Source: Candidatus Adlerbacteria bacterium (GTDB taxonomy: Bacteria > Patescibacteriota > Minisyncoccia > Phycocordibacterales > SBAW01). Taken from it: 64,000 nucleotides of DNA. The DNA lies in the NCBI GenBank assembly GCA_027451965.1, contig DAIDHJ010000001.1, forward strand, positions 87,639 to 151,638. Reading direction: 5' to 3'. The notes under the pieces were generated by a model. That model ran no database searches, was not told the DNA's origin, and was given only the letters and a program-made list of their open reading frames with translations. Below are positions 47,861 to 57,239 of the stretch, one piece after another; positions within the stretch are counted from its first letter, which is position 1, and each line of letters starts with the position of its first letter. The translations under genes and the position numbers were made by a program.

Positions 47861-48427
47861 CTACTCTATTGGTTCTCGATACGGGTCAGTTTTGTAGGCT
47901 GATTCAGGATGTGTTTGTGGAGGTGTAAGCTCTTGTGATACAGGAGAATCAATTTTAGGTAACCGTTGCGTAACTGGTGTTGAGAGAGCTGTATCCACAC
48001 TCAGTGGCAATGTTGTATGTACAGGTTGTTCTTCAGAATTAGGATTAATAACAGTATTCGAGCTAGTTATAGTCGGTGCTGTTTCTATAGAATGTACCTG
48101 TTCTTGTGGAATACTATTTTCCATATCCTTACGAATCTTGCTGAGCAATAATTCATCTACATCTTTCGCTATAGACGCGGCCGTATCTGGAGCAACCTCC
48201 AAACTTTCAGCAATATTTGAATTAAAATCCTCGGGTTCTATAAAACCTAATATGAAAGAAACCACTTCATGTTCCAAATTACCCAATTGATCAAGATGCA
48301 GTCCGTGTTTCTCACCTATTTTTGTAAGAATATCTCCCATCTCTTCACTGTAGATGAATTCTTGTGTTGTTTTTGGTAATGCGTGCAAACGAGCAACTGC
48401 ATCTTCAGATGAATATATGCTTGTCAT
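47861..48427 (-). CDS. Hypothetical protein
   Basis: Helical N-terminal domain, low-complexity linker, C-terminal DPYREPIE. Confidence 0.7.
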   Translation of the reverse strand: MTSIYSSEDAVARLHALPKTTQEFIYSEEMGDILTKIGEKHGLHLDQLGNLEHEVVSFILGFIEPEDFNSNIAESLEVAPDTAASIAKDVDELLLSKIRKDMENSIPQEQVHSIETAPTITSSNTVINPNSEEQPVHTTLPLSVDTALSTPVTQRLPKIDSPVSQELTPPQTHPESAYKTDPYREPIE

Positions 48428-48446
48428 ATAAATATATAGTACTATA

Positions 48447-50819
48447 TTACGCTTCTTTCTTTTTAATAATATCCATTTGTCCTTCTTGTGTTTCTCCGGT
48501 AAGACGGGAGATATGCGTTGGCGTTTCTCGGACTGTTTTTTCAAGATTTTTTAGTGCGCTATGTATTTGTTGTGCTGTATCAAGATCTATCTTTGCTGCG
48601 AATGTCTTTTCTTTGTCCTTAGAATTCTTTGCTTGTGTAAGGGCAAACTTATATCCATCAACATTGCTTTGTGATTTAGAGAGTGCATCACTCACTGTTT
48701 TTGCGGTAAGTCGAGATCCATTTTTAATTTCTAATGGAAGTTTATCAAGCGGAAGTTTCAATGTTGTTTGCAATTCATCCAATTTCTTAAGAAGTTTATC
48801 TCCTGTATTTATTGAAGCCTCTACCGAATTTGATTTTATTTGTTGCGGCAAATTTGCAAGCGCTTGCTCAACAGCTGCACGCTCTGGAAGTATATTTTTC
48901 CATTGTTCATTTTCTGCTAGCCACTTTTGAGATTCTTTTATCCATTGCTCTTTAATATCTTCTGGTATTGGCAAAGATTTAGAGTGGAGGTCTTTTCGGA
49001 TAAGAGATCTTTGCATTATCTCTTTACTACGTTGTTTTCGAGCTTCAGTTTGAGCTTCAATCTGAGCATCAAGTTGAGCACGTTTTGTTTCCAATGCCTC
49101 CTTGCTTTTATTACTCCAAATACTTGTAACTTGTTCTTTTGTATCTTTTCGTATATTGTCATTTTCTTCAATACTACTTTTCTTTTGTTGTTTGGTAATA
49201 ATGGGAGCAATTGTTTGAAGTGGTTTATCTATTGTTACCATTCTTGCAAGCGTTTCTATCTCCTTCGTTTTCATATTTGTGATTCGGTTGGCATCTTTTT
49301 GATCAACTTTTTGGTTGTTAGTTAGAGCTTCGTGTACTCGTGTAACCGCTTTTTTATTTTCAGCATCACGGAAATTCTGATTTTCTTCCACGTTTCGTTT
49401 ATATGTACGGTTTAGGAATGAGTTTCTTGATTCAAGACCAAGAACATTCTTATCCATAGCAGCCCTTGTAGTTTTTTCTCGGATTGTATGGCCGAGTTTT
49501 GTATTTCCAAAAGAGGACAATCTGAATTTCTCATCCACTTTCTGTAATCCTAGACCTACACTGCCGTGATATACTTCATTTGCTCCACTTTTTGCCACAC
49601 CAACTGCAGCTCTCGGTATCATTGTGGACCATTTTTGGACTTGTCCGGTAACACTGCCAGCAATTTTATGTGCAAATTTGTTTCCTTCAGCAGCGATAAC
49701 GTCCACTGACTGTAGACCGAAAAATAGCATTGCCATCACGATACCTAATCGTATAACTAATGCTGCAATACCAATAAATAATCCTTGATTTGGATTCCCA
49801 AATATTTGTGTAGCAATATCTCCCTTAAGACCATTACTCATGTTTGTCGCCGTTTCTACTAAAATGTAAAACATGAAAAGAAATGCAGCGGGGTAAATAG
49901 AAAACTCTATAAGTGCTTTTTGCCAGCGATCATACAAAGAGGAACCCTTACTAAGGGCACGTGCTGCAAACGCAAGAGGTGCAAGAATTAATACAAACCA
50001 AAGCACAATTGTACGCATAAGAAACTTAACTCCTGCAGTAGTAAATGCAAATATCAAAATCCAATATGCAGCAGCCACTGCTATAAATAAAGTAGAGAGT
50101 GTAATAATCTCAGTGACTGTACCAAATGCACTAAATCCTAACTTGTCTTTCCAGCTTTGGAAGGCAGTGTTATCAAACATATGCTGTAATCCAATTTCAT
50201 TCATGATTGGTTCAGTAAGATCTTTTGTTCCGGCACTTGAGAAACCGCCTATACCTCCTAACACTGATGTTAAATTAGAGGCAGCTCCCCCTTCTGTTTC
50301 AAACGCTGGAGCTGAAATGACATTATAAAATTCGATTCCAAGAATATTTCCCACATCAATAACGACGCGGGTAATCAGGAAGCTAAAATTCACCAAAAGT
50401 GCCATCACAATAAGCATTGAAAGCATGCGCATAGTGCCACCAGTCTCAGCTTCAAATAGGATTGTTATGGCTATGTAAATCAGAATAAAAAGAAAAGCCA
50501 TATTGGCTATACTCAATGCCGTTTGCCACCCAGTTGAAAGAAAATCAATAGCGTATCCGCTACTGCTTAAACTCAGTTTTACAATAAGGTCAAATACATA
50601 CGCAATAATAAATGCAGCATCTGCAGATAGTGCGGGAATGATATAAACTAATCCGGTAATACAAGTGCCGAGATCTGTACAAAAGTTATCTGGTATTAAA
50701 CTACCTGTGGTATATGTACCTGCGCCATACGTAATTGCAGGAGCAAAAGAAGCTATTACTACAATAGCTATCATGCATAAAATTAAAATTTTACTGTATG
50801 ATTTATGTGCCAAATGCAT
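48447..50819 (-). CDS. VirB6/TrbL-like polytopic membrane protein with long soluble tail
   Basis: GWQTALSIANMAFLFILIYIA, ALLVNFS, RTIVLWFVLILAPLAF; charged C-terminus. Confidence 0.7.
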   Translation of the reverse strand: MHLAHKSYSKILILCMIAIVVIASFAPAITYGAGTYTTGSLIPDNFCTDLGTCITGLVYIIPALSADAAFIIAYVFDLIVKLSLSSSGYAIDFLSTGWQTALSIANMAFLFILIYIAITILFEAETGGTMRMLSMLIVMALLVNFSFLITRVVIDVGNILGIEFYNVISAPAFETEGGAASNLTSVLGGIGGFSSAGTKDLTEPIMNEIGLQHMFDNTAFQSWKDKLGFSAFGTVTEIITLSTLFIAVAAAYWILIFAFTTAGVKFLMRTIVLWFVLILAPLAFAARALSKGSSLYDRWQKALIEFSIYPAAFLFMFYILVETATNMSNGLKGDIATQIFGNPNQGLFIGIAALVIRLGIVMAMLFFGLQSVDVIAAEGNKFAHKIAGSVTGQVQKWSTMIPRAAVGVAKSGANEVYHGSVGLGLQKVDEKFRLSSFGNTKLGHTIREKTTRAAMDKNVLGLESRNSFLNRTYKRNVEENQNFRDAENKKAVTRVHEALTNNQKVDQKDANRITNMKTKEIETLARMVTIDKPLQTIAPIITKQQKKSSIEENDNIRKDTKEQVTSIWSNKSKEALETKRAQLDAQIEAQTEARKQRSKEIMQRSLIRKDLHSKSLPIPEDIKEQWIKESQKWLAENEQWKNILPERAAVEQALANLPQQIKSNSVEASINTGDKLLKKLDELQTTLKLPLDKLPLEIKNGSRLTAKTVSDALSKSQSNVDGYKFALTQAKNSKDKEKTFAAKIDLDTAQQIHSALKNLEKTVRETPTHISRLTGETQEGQMDIIKKKEA

Positions 50820-53076
50820 AACATTGTTGCAGCTGCGTGCTTGTATCTTGGTTTATGGTTGCAAGCTGTGATTGTAATGTGGTGCGATTCTGTTGCGCGG
50901 TAGTCAAATCAGTAACCGTAATGAGTGATCCGTTAGATTGATCTGTGGTATAGGTTGTTTGTACCGTTTGCACGTCAGATGCTGAGTTTGCATTTAGTAC
51001 CTGTGTTTGTAATTGTTGCAATAGTGCAATAGCGCTATTAGCAATAGTTATTTGATTATTATCTGCATCTACTTGTTCTTGAAGGGAGGTAATTTGCGCT
51101 TCAGTACTTGAAGCATTTGCTGCTGCTTGTGCTTGTTTATCAGCTGAAAATGCAGTTGAAGTAGCAGCTGATCCCCAACAATTTGCAAGTGTTTGTAGTT
51201 GTGCTTGTGTATTTTGTATATCTTGAATAGATCCTTGTTCTATATATCCATATTGCTGTGCCGTATTTGTATCTCCCTGCATTTGTGTCAGTAGTTGTTG
51301 AGCAAGGTCTGCCCCTGGTTGTGTTCCTCCGCCTGTGGAAGACGGTCCTCCTCCAGAAAGATTAGAAACACCCCCTTGGAGAGCAGTTTGGATAAGTTGA
51401 TTCATAAGTGCACTGATAATCTGATCAAAATCTTGTGCTGCATTTAATTGATCAATCGGCGCACCAAGTGTTTTGCTAAGCTGGTTAGCAATAACAGTGC
51501 CTGGGGTAGTGACTGTACAATGGCACCCAACGGGACATACAGTGCCAACATTGGAACTTTTTGTTCCTTGTTGTTGATTCGCACAACTATTTACTTGGTA
51601 AATACTCAAGAATCCTTCCGGAGAAATACTTTGTGAAAGCTTCTGATCTGCTTGCGAAATAGCTCCTTGTAATCCCGAGCTTAATTGAATATATGCACCA
51701 AAGGGATTGTTAAGTGGTGCATTGGTAAGTGAAATAAGTGCAGGCCATCCTCCAGCAGAAAAATCGCCATGTAAGAAGTTAGTTATATTAGACGTTACCT
51801 GGTTTAAGGTACAAGAATTGGTGCTAGTAGGAGGAGCTTGGCTTGTGGCATAGCTTTGTGCAACTGCTATTTTTACTTGCAATGCAAATGGACTACATAG
51901 GAATGAGAAGTTACTGCTCTGTAAATACGCACCAGCGGCCTGATTAGCTGCATCAGCAAATATCTGCTGGTAATCTTGAACAAAGGTAGGAGAACCATGG
52001 AATCCACTGTTTATCCAATTCACCGTATTTGCAGTAATTTGATTGAGAATGGTTCTGGCAAGATAACGTGCCATGCAGCTCAAAAATTGATTACCAGCAA
52101 CAGTGTTTTGCTGCGCAGTATTTTGTGCTGCATTAGCAGCGGTAATTCCAGCTGCTAGTTCAAGAGGAACATCAGATACATGAACCCCTAATGCTGCATT
52201 TGCTGTTGCCGATGCGCCTACTGATGTTCCCGCTGCCCCTCCTAAAGAATCTGCAGTTGCTTGTTCCTGTACAAGGAGTGAGCATGCAGCTGCAGTAATG
52301 CCTGCATCAAGTAGTGTGCTCGTAATACCCCCTCCTGTATTTCCTCCGCCTCCAGTGATAGTTCCAGGGTTAGGGTTGAATATATTTCCTGAACCGGTTG
52401 GGCTTGAACTACTCACACCATTGATAGGTGTGGGGTTGAATGGATTTCCACCGCCAGGAATCCACACACCTCCTATTGGAGTAGTGGTTGCCGGATTTCC
52501 TCCATTAGGACATTCTGCACATGCGCTTCCTTGTGCACAGGTTTGTGTAGTGATGTGGCATGACCCATCTGTGTTTTGCGTGCCATCAGTACATGTTTGT
52601 GTTCCATCATTTCCACAGGAACAAGAAAAACTACAAGTGCCTCCAACAGGGGTTGTGGTAGTGCCTGGTCCAGTTATTCCAGTACCTCCTGTTCCTGGTG
52701 GTGATCCGCCAGTACCTCCCGGATACCCTCCACTACCTGAATAGACAGGATACGTATATTGTCCACCTGTATAGGTGCCGTTTTGTGAAGATCCAACACC
52801 AGTATTGTTATGGTTGATAAAACCAGTAAAAGTATTGAATAGCGAACCAAGACCAGTTAAAACACCAGAAGTTCCATACGCTAGTGGATTTCCAGATCCA
52901 CCAGAACCTTGATTTTGGGTTACCCCAACATTTGATGTATTTACACCAGTAGTAGTACTAGTGCTGCTAGTTTGTTGCTGTTGTCCAAGATACCAAAGCC
53001 ATAAAAAAAGCAGTACTGCTGCAATTAGTAGCGCTCCAATGAGTATCCAAATAATGCGTTTAACGGTTGGGTTCAT
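50803..53076 (-). CDS. Large surface protein with Gly/Thr- and Cys-rich regions
   Basis: N-terminal TM, Gly/Thr/Pro linkers, Cys cluster, WINSGFHGSPTF, LCSPF, Gln-rich tail. Confidence 0.75.
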   Translation of the reverse strand: MNPTVKRIIWILIGALLIAAVLLFLWLWYLGQQQQTSSTSTTTGVNTSNVGVTQNQGSGGSGNPLAYGTSGVLTGLGSLFNTFTGFINHNNTGVGSSQNGTYTGGQYTYPVYSGSGGYPGGTGGSPPGTGGTGITGPGTTTTPVGGTCSFSCSCGNDGTQTCTDGTQNTDGSCHITTQTCAQGSACAECPNGGNPATTTPIGGVWIPGGGNPFNPTPINGVSSSSPTGSGNIFNPNPGTITGGGGNTGGGITSTLLDAGITAAACSLLVQEQATADSLGGAAGTSVGASATANAALGVHVSDVPLELAAGITAANAAQNTAQQNTVAGNQFLSCMARYLARTILNQITANTVNWINSGFHGSPTFVQDYQQIFADAANQAAGAYLQSSNFSFLCSPFALQVKIAVAQSYATSQAPPTSTNSCTLNQVTSNITNFLHGDFSAGGWPALISLTNAPLNNPFGAYIQLSSGLQGAISQADQKLSQSISPEGFLSIYQVNSCANQQQGTKSSNVGTVCPVGCHCTVTTPGTVIANQLSKTLGAPIDQLNAAQDFDQIISALMNQLIQTALQGGVSNLSGGGPSSTGGGTQPGADLAQQLLTQMQGDTNTAQQYGYIEQGSIQDIQNTQAQLQTLANCWGSAATSTAFSADKQAQAAANASSTEAQITSLQEQVDADNNQITIANSAIALLQQLQTQVLNANSASDVQTVQTTYTTDQSNGSLITVTDLTTAQQNRTTLQSQLATINQDTSTQLQQCYAFGT

Positions 53077-53963
53077 GGTGTAGGAGGCAAGAATACATTC
53101 CACACATTTCCTGGCTCAGTACTCTTAAAAAGTATACCGTCTCCTTGAAATTGTTGAGCAATATTTGTGAACACTCGATTTTCTTCTGAGATCAGAGAAC
53201 TAAATTGATTGAGTGATATCATTCCTCGTAATGGATCACTCAGTAGGGTTTCCATGCCGACAATATTTTCTGCAGCTCCTTCAAAATCATTCACGATTAT
53301 CAAATGAAGCGGTACCACTGTTTGTGGTACTGGAACTTTAAGTAAGGCTTGTGCTAATGTTTTGTATTGTTTTGCAAGTGGAGGAAGCGCTTGTAGTGCT
53401 TTTGGATCATTGTTATCTGCTGCATTTCCAACCGCTTCAAGTACGGCGAAAGAATTTGCGCCTGTATATTGCTGCATAATTGTCATCACTTCGTTTCCAT
53501 ATGCATGCAAGTTTGCATTTGAACTGCTTACTATAGTGAGATCTTGTTGTGTGTAGGTTACTGAAGCACTTTTAGGGATTTGAGCAGTTGCATCAGCAAG
53601 AATGGCTTGCTGTGTAGGAGTATCATTACCAAGTCCTTGTGATTGTGCGTTAGTAAGTTCAATCAGGAGAGTTCGTCCTACTGTATCCGTCAAATTAGCT
53701 GTCTGCGCTTCTTTAAGAATTTGATTTATATCTGACTGACTTACTGGTTGTGGAAGGCTAGAAGAAGCATTTTGTGCCTGTATAGTAGCAAGTGTGTCTT
53801 GCCAAGAACTTGTATCAGTAGGAGTATTTGCCACTCCAATATTTCCTGCTGTTTGCGGTTCGGTAATACGCTGAGCAGCGTACACTAACCCAGTAGCCAA
53901 AAGGAGTGAGCCGACAATCAAAATAAATTGTGTACTGGGTAAATAACGCTGAAATGACTTCAC
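53073..53963 (-). CDS. Membrane-anchored hypothetical protein
   Basis: N-terminal TM; NLTD, LLKVPVP..HL, DPLRG; TATACT 6 nt before GTG. Confidence 0.7.
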   Translation of the reverse strand: MKSFQRYLPSTQFILIVGSLLLATGLVYAAQRITEPQTAGNIGVANTPTDTSSWQDTLATIQAQNASSSLPQPVSQSDINQILKEAQTANLTDTVGRTLLIELTNAQSQGLGNDTPTQQAILADATAQIPKSASVTYTQQDLTIVSSSNANLHAYGNEVMTIMQQYTGANSFAVLEAVGNAADNNDPKALQALPPLAKQYKTLAQALLKVPVPQTVVPLHLIIVNDFEGAAENIVGMETLLSDPLRGMISLNQFSSLISEENRVFTNIAQQFQGDGILFKSTEPGNVWNVFLPPTP

Positions 53964-53986
53964 TTCTTTAGTATACTATTAAAAGT

Positions 53987-54346
53987 ATGCGATTCCCTTC
54001 TTATTTTTTTCTCTCCCTCATATTGGTAGTCGTTCTGATGGTGCCAACCTATACATTTGCTGCATTTGGTTTTTCATTTGGGGGTAAAATTACTTCTCCG
54101 CCCTTACCATGCGCTAATATACCCGGTGCATTCCAAATGATGGTACTCAACGAGCTTTTGGTGCCAGTACCTATATCGGTTATTTGGGCCCCTCCGCCAC
54201 TTACTCTGACTTTTCTTGCTGGACCCCCGACTCATGTAGGGCAAACAGTACTAGGTGCTGCATCACTTACTCCTACTACCTGTGTTGTGGCTGGTATTCC
54301 TCTGCCGGGATTTCTTATGCAAATTGTTGGAACCAGTGTCTTGTAG
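53987..54346 (+). CDS. Small secreted Pro/Cys protein
   Basis: Signal peptide, FGGKI..C..GQTVLG..C; divergent from the cluster. Confidence 0.6.
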   Translation: MRFPSYFFLSLILVVVLMVPTYTFAAFGFSFGGKITSPPLPCANIPGAFQMMVLNELLVPVPISVIWAPPPLTLTFLAGPPTHVGQTVLGAASLTPTTCVVAGIPLPGFLMQIVGTSVL

Positions 54347-55111
54347 TGCAAGCGCAAGCCACTGCTCCAGTGAGATATCTTCTGCACGTGCCTGTTGTGG
54401 AATACCATCTGCTTGTAATGCTTCTGATACCTTTTCTCCAAATATCATTTCTATATTTCGTTTTAATAATTTTCGTTTTTTTCCGAATCCTGCATGTACT
54501 AGTGTAAAGAAGTGTTCCTCATGCGCTCTGTTGCTGAATCGTTTTCGCGAAATATCAGTAATACTTAGTATCGCCGAATCTACCTTAGGTGGCGGTGTGA
54601 ATGCTCCGCGTGGAACACTAGAAACGATATGCGGAATGCCATATGCTTTTACAGAAAGGGACAGAATACTTTCTTTTGTATCTCGAACAATTCGCCGCGC
54701 TACTTCTTTTTGTAATAGAAATACAATTTGTGTTGGTTGGTGTTTTGCAGTGAGAAACAGTTTCAGTAATGCTCCAGAGATATAGTAAGGAATATTTGCA
54801 ATTACTTTATATGACTGAGGAAGTTTCAGATCTGCAAGCCGTACTTCCAATATATCGGCTTCAATAATACGAAATTGTTTTTTTTGTATCTCTTTACTAA
54901 ATATAGTAGTGAGCGTAGGTATCAATCGCCGATCTTTTTCAATCGCTATGACATGAGCGCCTCGAGCAAGCAACTCCTTAGTCAACACACCTTCTCCTGG
55001 ACCGATTTCAATCACAGTATCTCCAGGGGCTACCGCACCTGCGTCAGCGATTACACGTACGTAATGTGACGAATGAAGGAAATGCTGTCCGAGCGATTTT
55101 TTCTTGTACAT
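54263..55111 (-). CDS. rsmA: 16S rRNA dimethyladenosine transferase
   Basis: KKSLGQHFL, EIGPGEG, ANIPYYIS, PPPKVDSA. Confidence 0.96.
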   Translation of the reverse strand: MYKKKSLGQHFLHSSHYVRVIADAGAVAPGDTVIEIGPGEGVLTKELLARGAHVIAIEKDRRLIPTLTTIFSKEIQKKQFRIIEADILEVRLADLKLPQSYKVIANIPYYISGALLKLFLTAKHQPTQIVFLLQKEVARRIVRDTKESILSLSVKAYGIPHIVSSVPRGAFTPPPKVDSAILSITDISRKRFSNRAHEEHFFTLVHAGFGKKRKLLKRNIEMIFGEKVSEALQADGIPQQARAEDISLEQWLALALQDTGSNNLHKKSRQRNTSHNTGSRSK

Positions 55112-55114
55112 AGT

Positions 55115-57010
55115 TTAATCGATATAAATATCCTCCTCATTGTTTTTATTCGGTTGCTGGTAGTACAGGAGTGCTTCTGGTATGTCGGAGAGAAATTGCG
55201 ATGGTTCCGTAGCGAGCATGGTACCGAATACTGTACGGTATGCGGCATAGGACAAGAATACCTGTTTTTGCGCTCTGGTGAGAGCTACGTACATCAACCT
55301 CCGCTCCTCTTCTTTGTCGTCAGGACGCTCCCCTTCCTTTTCATACGGAAACAACCCTTCTTCAAGGCCGGTGATAAATACATACGGAAATTCAAGACCT
55401 TTTGCTGCATGTACGGTCATGAGACGCACTGCGTTTGTTTCCTCCTTCAATTCATCCTGATCGCTGGCAAGTGCCGCCGCATCCAAAAACAGTTCCAAGC
55501 CTTCTTGTGGCGGATAGTGGTCATATCGCGCTGCCAATGAGACAAGTTCACGTATGTTCTCCAGGCGCTCCTGTCCTTCAATCAGATCTTTTTTATAGAG
55601 CATTTCAAGTCCGGTGTGGGTGCAGACGAAGCGAACGAGCTGTGATGGAGTAAGTGTCTTTGTCGCATCGCCAATATGCGCAAGCAATGTACGCAGCTGC
55701 GCAATAGTAGTTTTGGTGCGTAAGGGCAGTGTATCTTCTTTTCCAGAAAGCAATTTCATGAGGGTGACCTTTCCAATACCGCGTGCTGGTGTGTTCGCAA
55801 TGCGAATTAAATCTTGTGAAGTGCCGCCAAGGCTTGCGCGGATATATGACAGCACGTCCTTCACCTCTTTGCGTTCAAAGAAGCGAGTTCCAAGGACTTG
55901 ATAAGGGATCCTCCGCTGCAAAAGAGCTTCTTCCAAGGCACGTGATTGAAAATTTGCCCGATACAGCACAGCGCACATATTCGGCGCTTTCCCTTCCTTG
56001 ATCAGAGTTGCAATTGTCTCGGCAACAAACCGCGCTTCATCTGTTTCAGTAACTGCTTGATACAGTGTGATACATTCTCCTACTCCGTTACGCGTATATA
56101 GGTTTTTTTCTGGTCGAAATGTATTCTTCGCAATTACTTCGTTTGCCGCGGCAAGAATTGTCTGTGTTGATCTATAGTTTTCCTCCAGCATGACCATTTT
56201 TGTATGCGGAAATGTTTGTTCAAATGCCAGGAGATTTTTTATCTGTGCGCCACGCCAGCTGTAAATCGTTTGATCAACATCTCCCACCACACAGATATGG
56301 TGCTCTTTCCCCACGAGTAGCTGCATCAAACGTGCTTGCACGCTATTTGTATCTTGGTATTCATCGACATGTATGTAACGCCAACGATGTTGATATGCAC
56401 TGCGTACGGAAGGATGTTCTTCAAGTAATCGTACAGCGTAATACAACAAATCATCAAAATCGACCGCTACCTCTTTTCGCAAGGTATCCGCATATCTACG
56501 CCATACTGTCGCTGTGGTGTGGTCATAACTATGTTCTGTGTGCTCAGCAAATTGCTCGACCGATATTCCCTCCCCTTTCTGTCGGGAGATGCGTCCTAAC
56601 ACTGCACGTGGTTCCATTTCTTCCAGCGCTCCAACTTCTTTAAGTGCTTCCTTCACGGCGCGCAGAGAGTCATTTCGGTCATAAATCGACGGCCGGCGAG
56701 GAAATCCAAGCAGGCGTGCATGCTCTTTGATCATAAGTAGTCCTAATGAATGAAACGTGGAGACAAAGGGCGTTTCTGCTATACCCTGTTCTTTCAAAAG
56801 CAGTGCATGGATGCGTTCTCGCATTTCTGCCGCCGCCTTATTCGTAAAGGTAATCGCTAGTATCTCTCGAGGATCAATTCCTTGCTGCACAATTCGCAAA
56901 ATTCTATGAGCAATGACGCGTGTTTTTCCCGCTCCTGCTCCGGCAAGGACCAATAGCGGACCTTCCGTGGTCATCACTGCTTCTTTTTGTGCATCATTAA
57001 GCGTATCCAT
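55115..57010 (-). CDS. pcrA: PcrA/UvrD DNA helicase
   Basis: AGAGAGKT, VDEYQDTN, VGDVDQTIYSWRGA, HAAKGLEF, EERRLMYVALTRA. Confidence 0.95.
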   Translation of the reverse strand: MDTLNDAQKEAVMTTEGPLLVLAGAGAGKTRVIAHRILRIVQQGIDPREILAITFTNKAAAEMRERIHALLLKEQGIAETPFVSTFHSLGLLMIKEHARLLGFPRRPSIYDRNDSLRAVKEALKEVGALEEMEPRAVLGRISRQKGEGISVEQFAEHTEHSYDHTTATVWRRYADTLRKEVAVDFDDLLYYAVRLLEEHPSVRSAYQHRWRYIHVDEYQDTNSVQARLMQLLVGKEHHICVVGDVDQTIYSWRGAQIKNLLAFEQTFPHTKMVMLEENYRSTQTILAAANEVIAKNTFRPEKNLYTRNGVGECITLYQAVTETDEARFVAETIATLIKEGKAPNMCAVLYRANFQSRALEEALLQRRIPYQVLGTRFFERKEVKDVLSYIRASLGGTSQDLIRIANTPARGIGKVTLMKLLSGKEDTLPLRTKTTIAQLRTLLAHIGDATKTLTPSQLVRFVCTHTGLEMLYKKDLIEGQERLENIRELVSLAARYDHYPPQEGLELFLDAAALASDQDELKEETNAVRLMTVHAAKGLEFPYVFITGLEEGLFPYEKEGERPDDKEEERRLMYVALTRAQKQVFLSYAAYRTVFGTMLATEPSQFLSDIPEALLYYQQPNKNNEEDIYID

Positions 57011-57239
57011 CCTCCTACTCTACAACTTAACGCTATCCACAGCTGTCAAACGGTGAAGTTGACTCCCTTAGGTGCTTCGATATAGTGGAATAGTACCGTA
57101 CGATAGAGGATAAATATGGCTTAGTTAAGCCATTTTTTTCTGAAAACATGAAATTCCTGTTAAGAAAACGCTTATAGCATCTCACAAAACACCCCCTTTT
57201 CCGACGGTTGAGCCGTTTTTCTCGAAAAAGGCAAAAAAA

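Noticed and set aside
41028-54346. Prophage or ICE
   Set aside because: No integrase, relaxase, terminase, capsid genes or boundary repeats visible
57033-57041. Single CTATCCACA DnaA-like box near the pcrA promoter
   Set aside because: An isolated one-mismatch 9-mer is expected by chance
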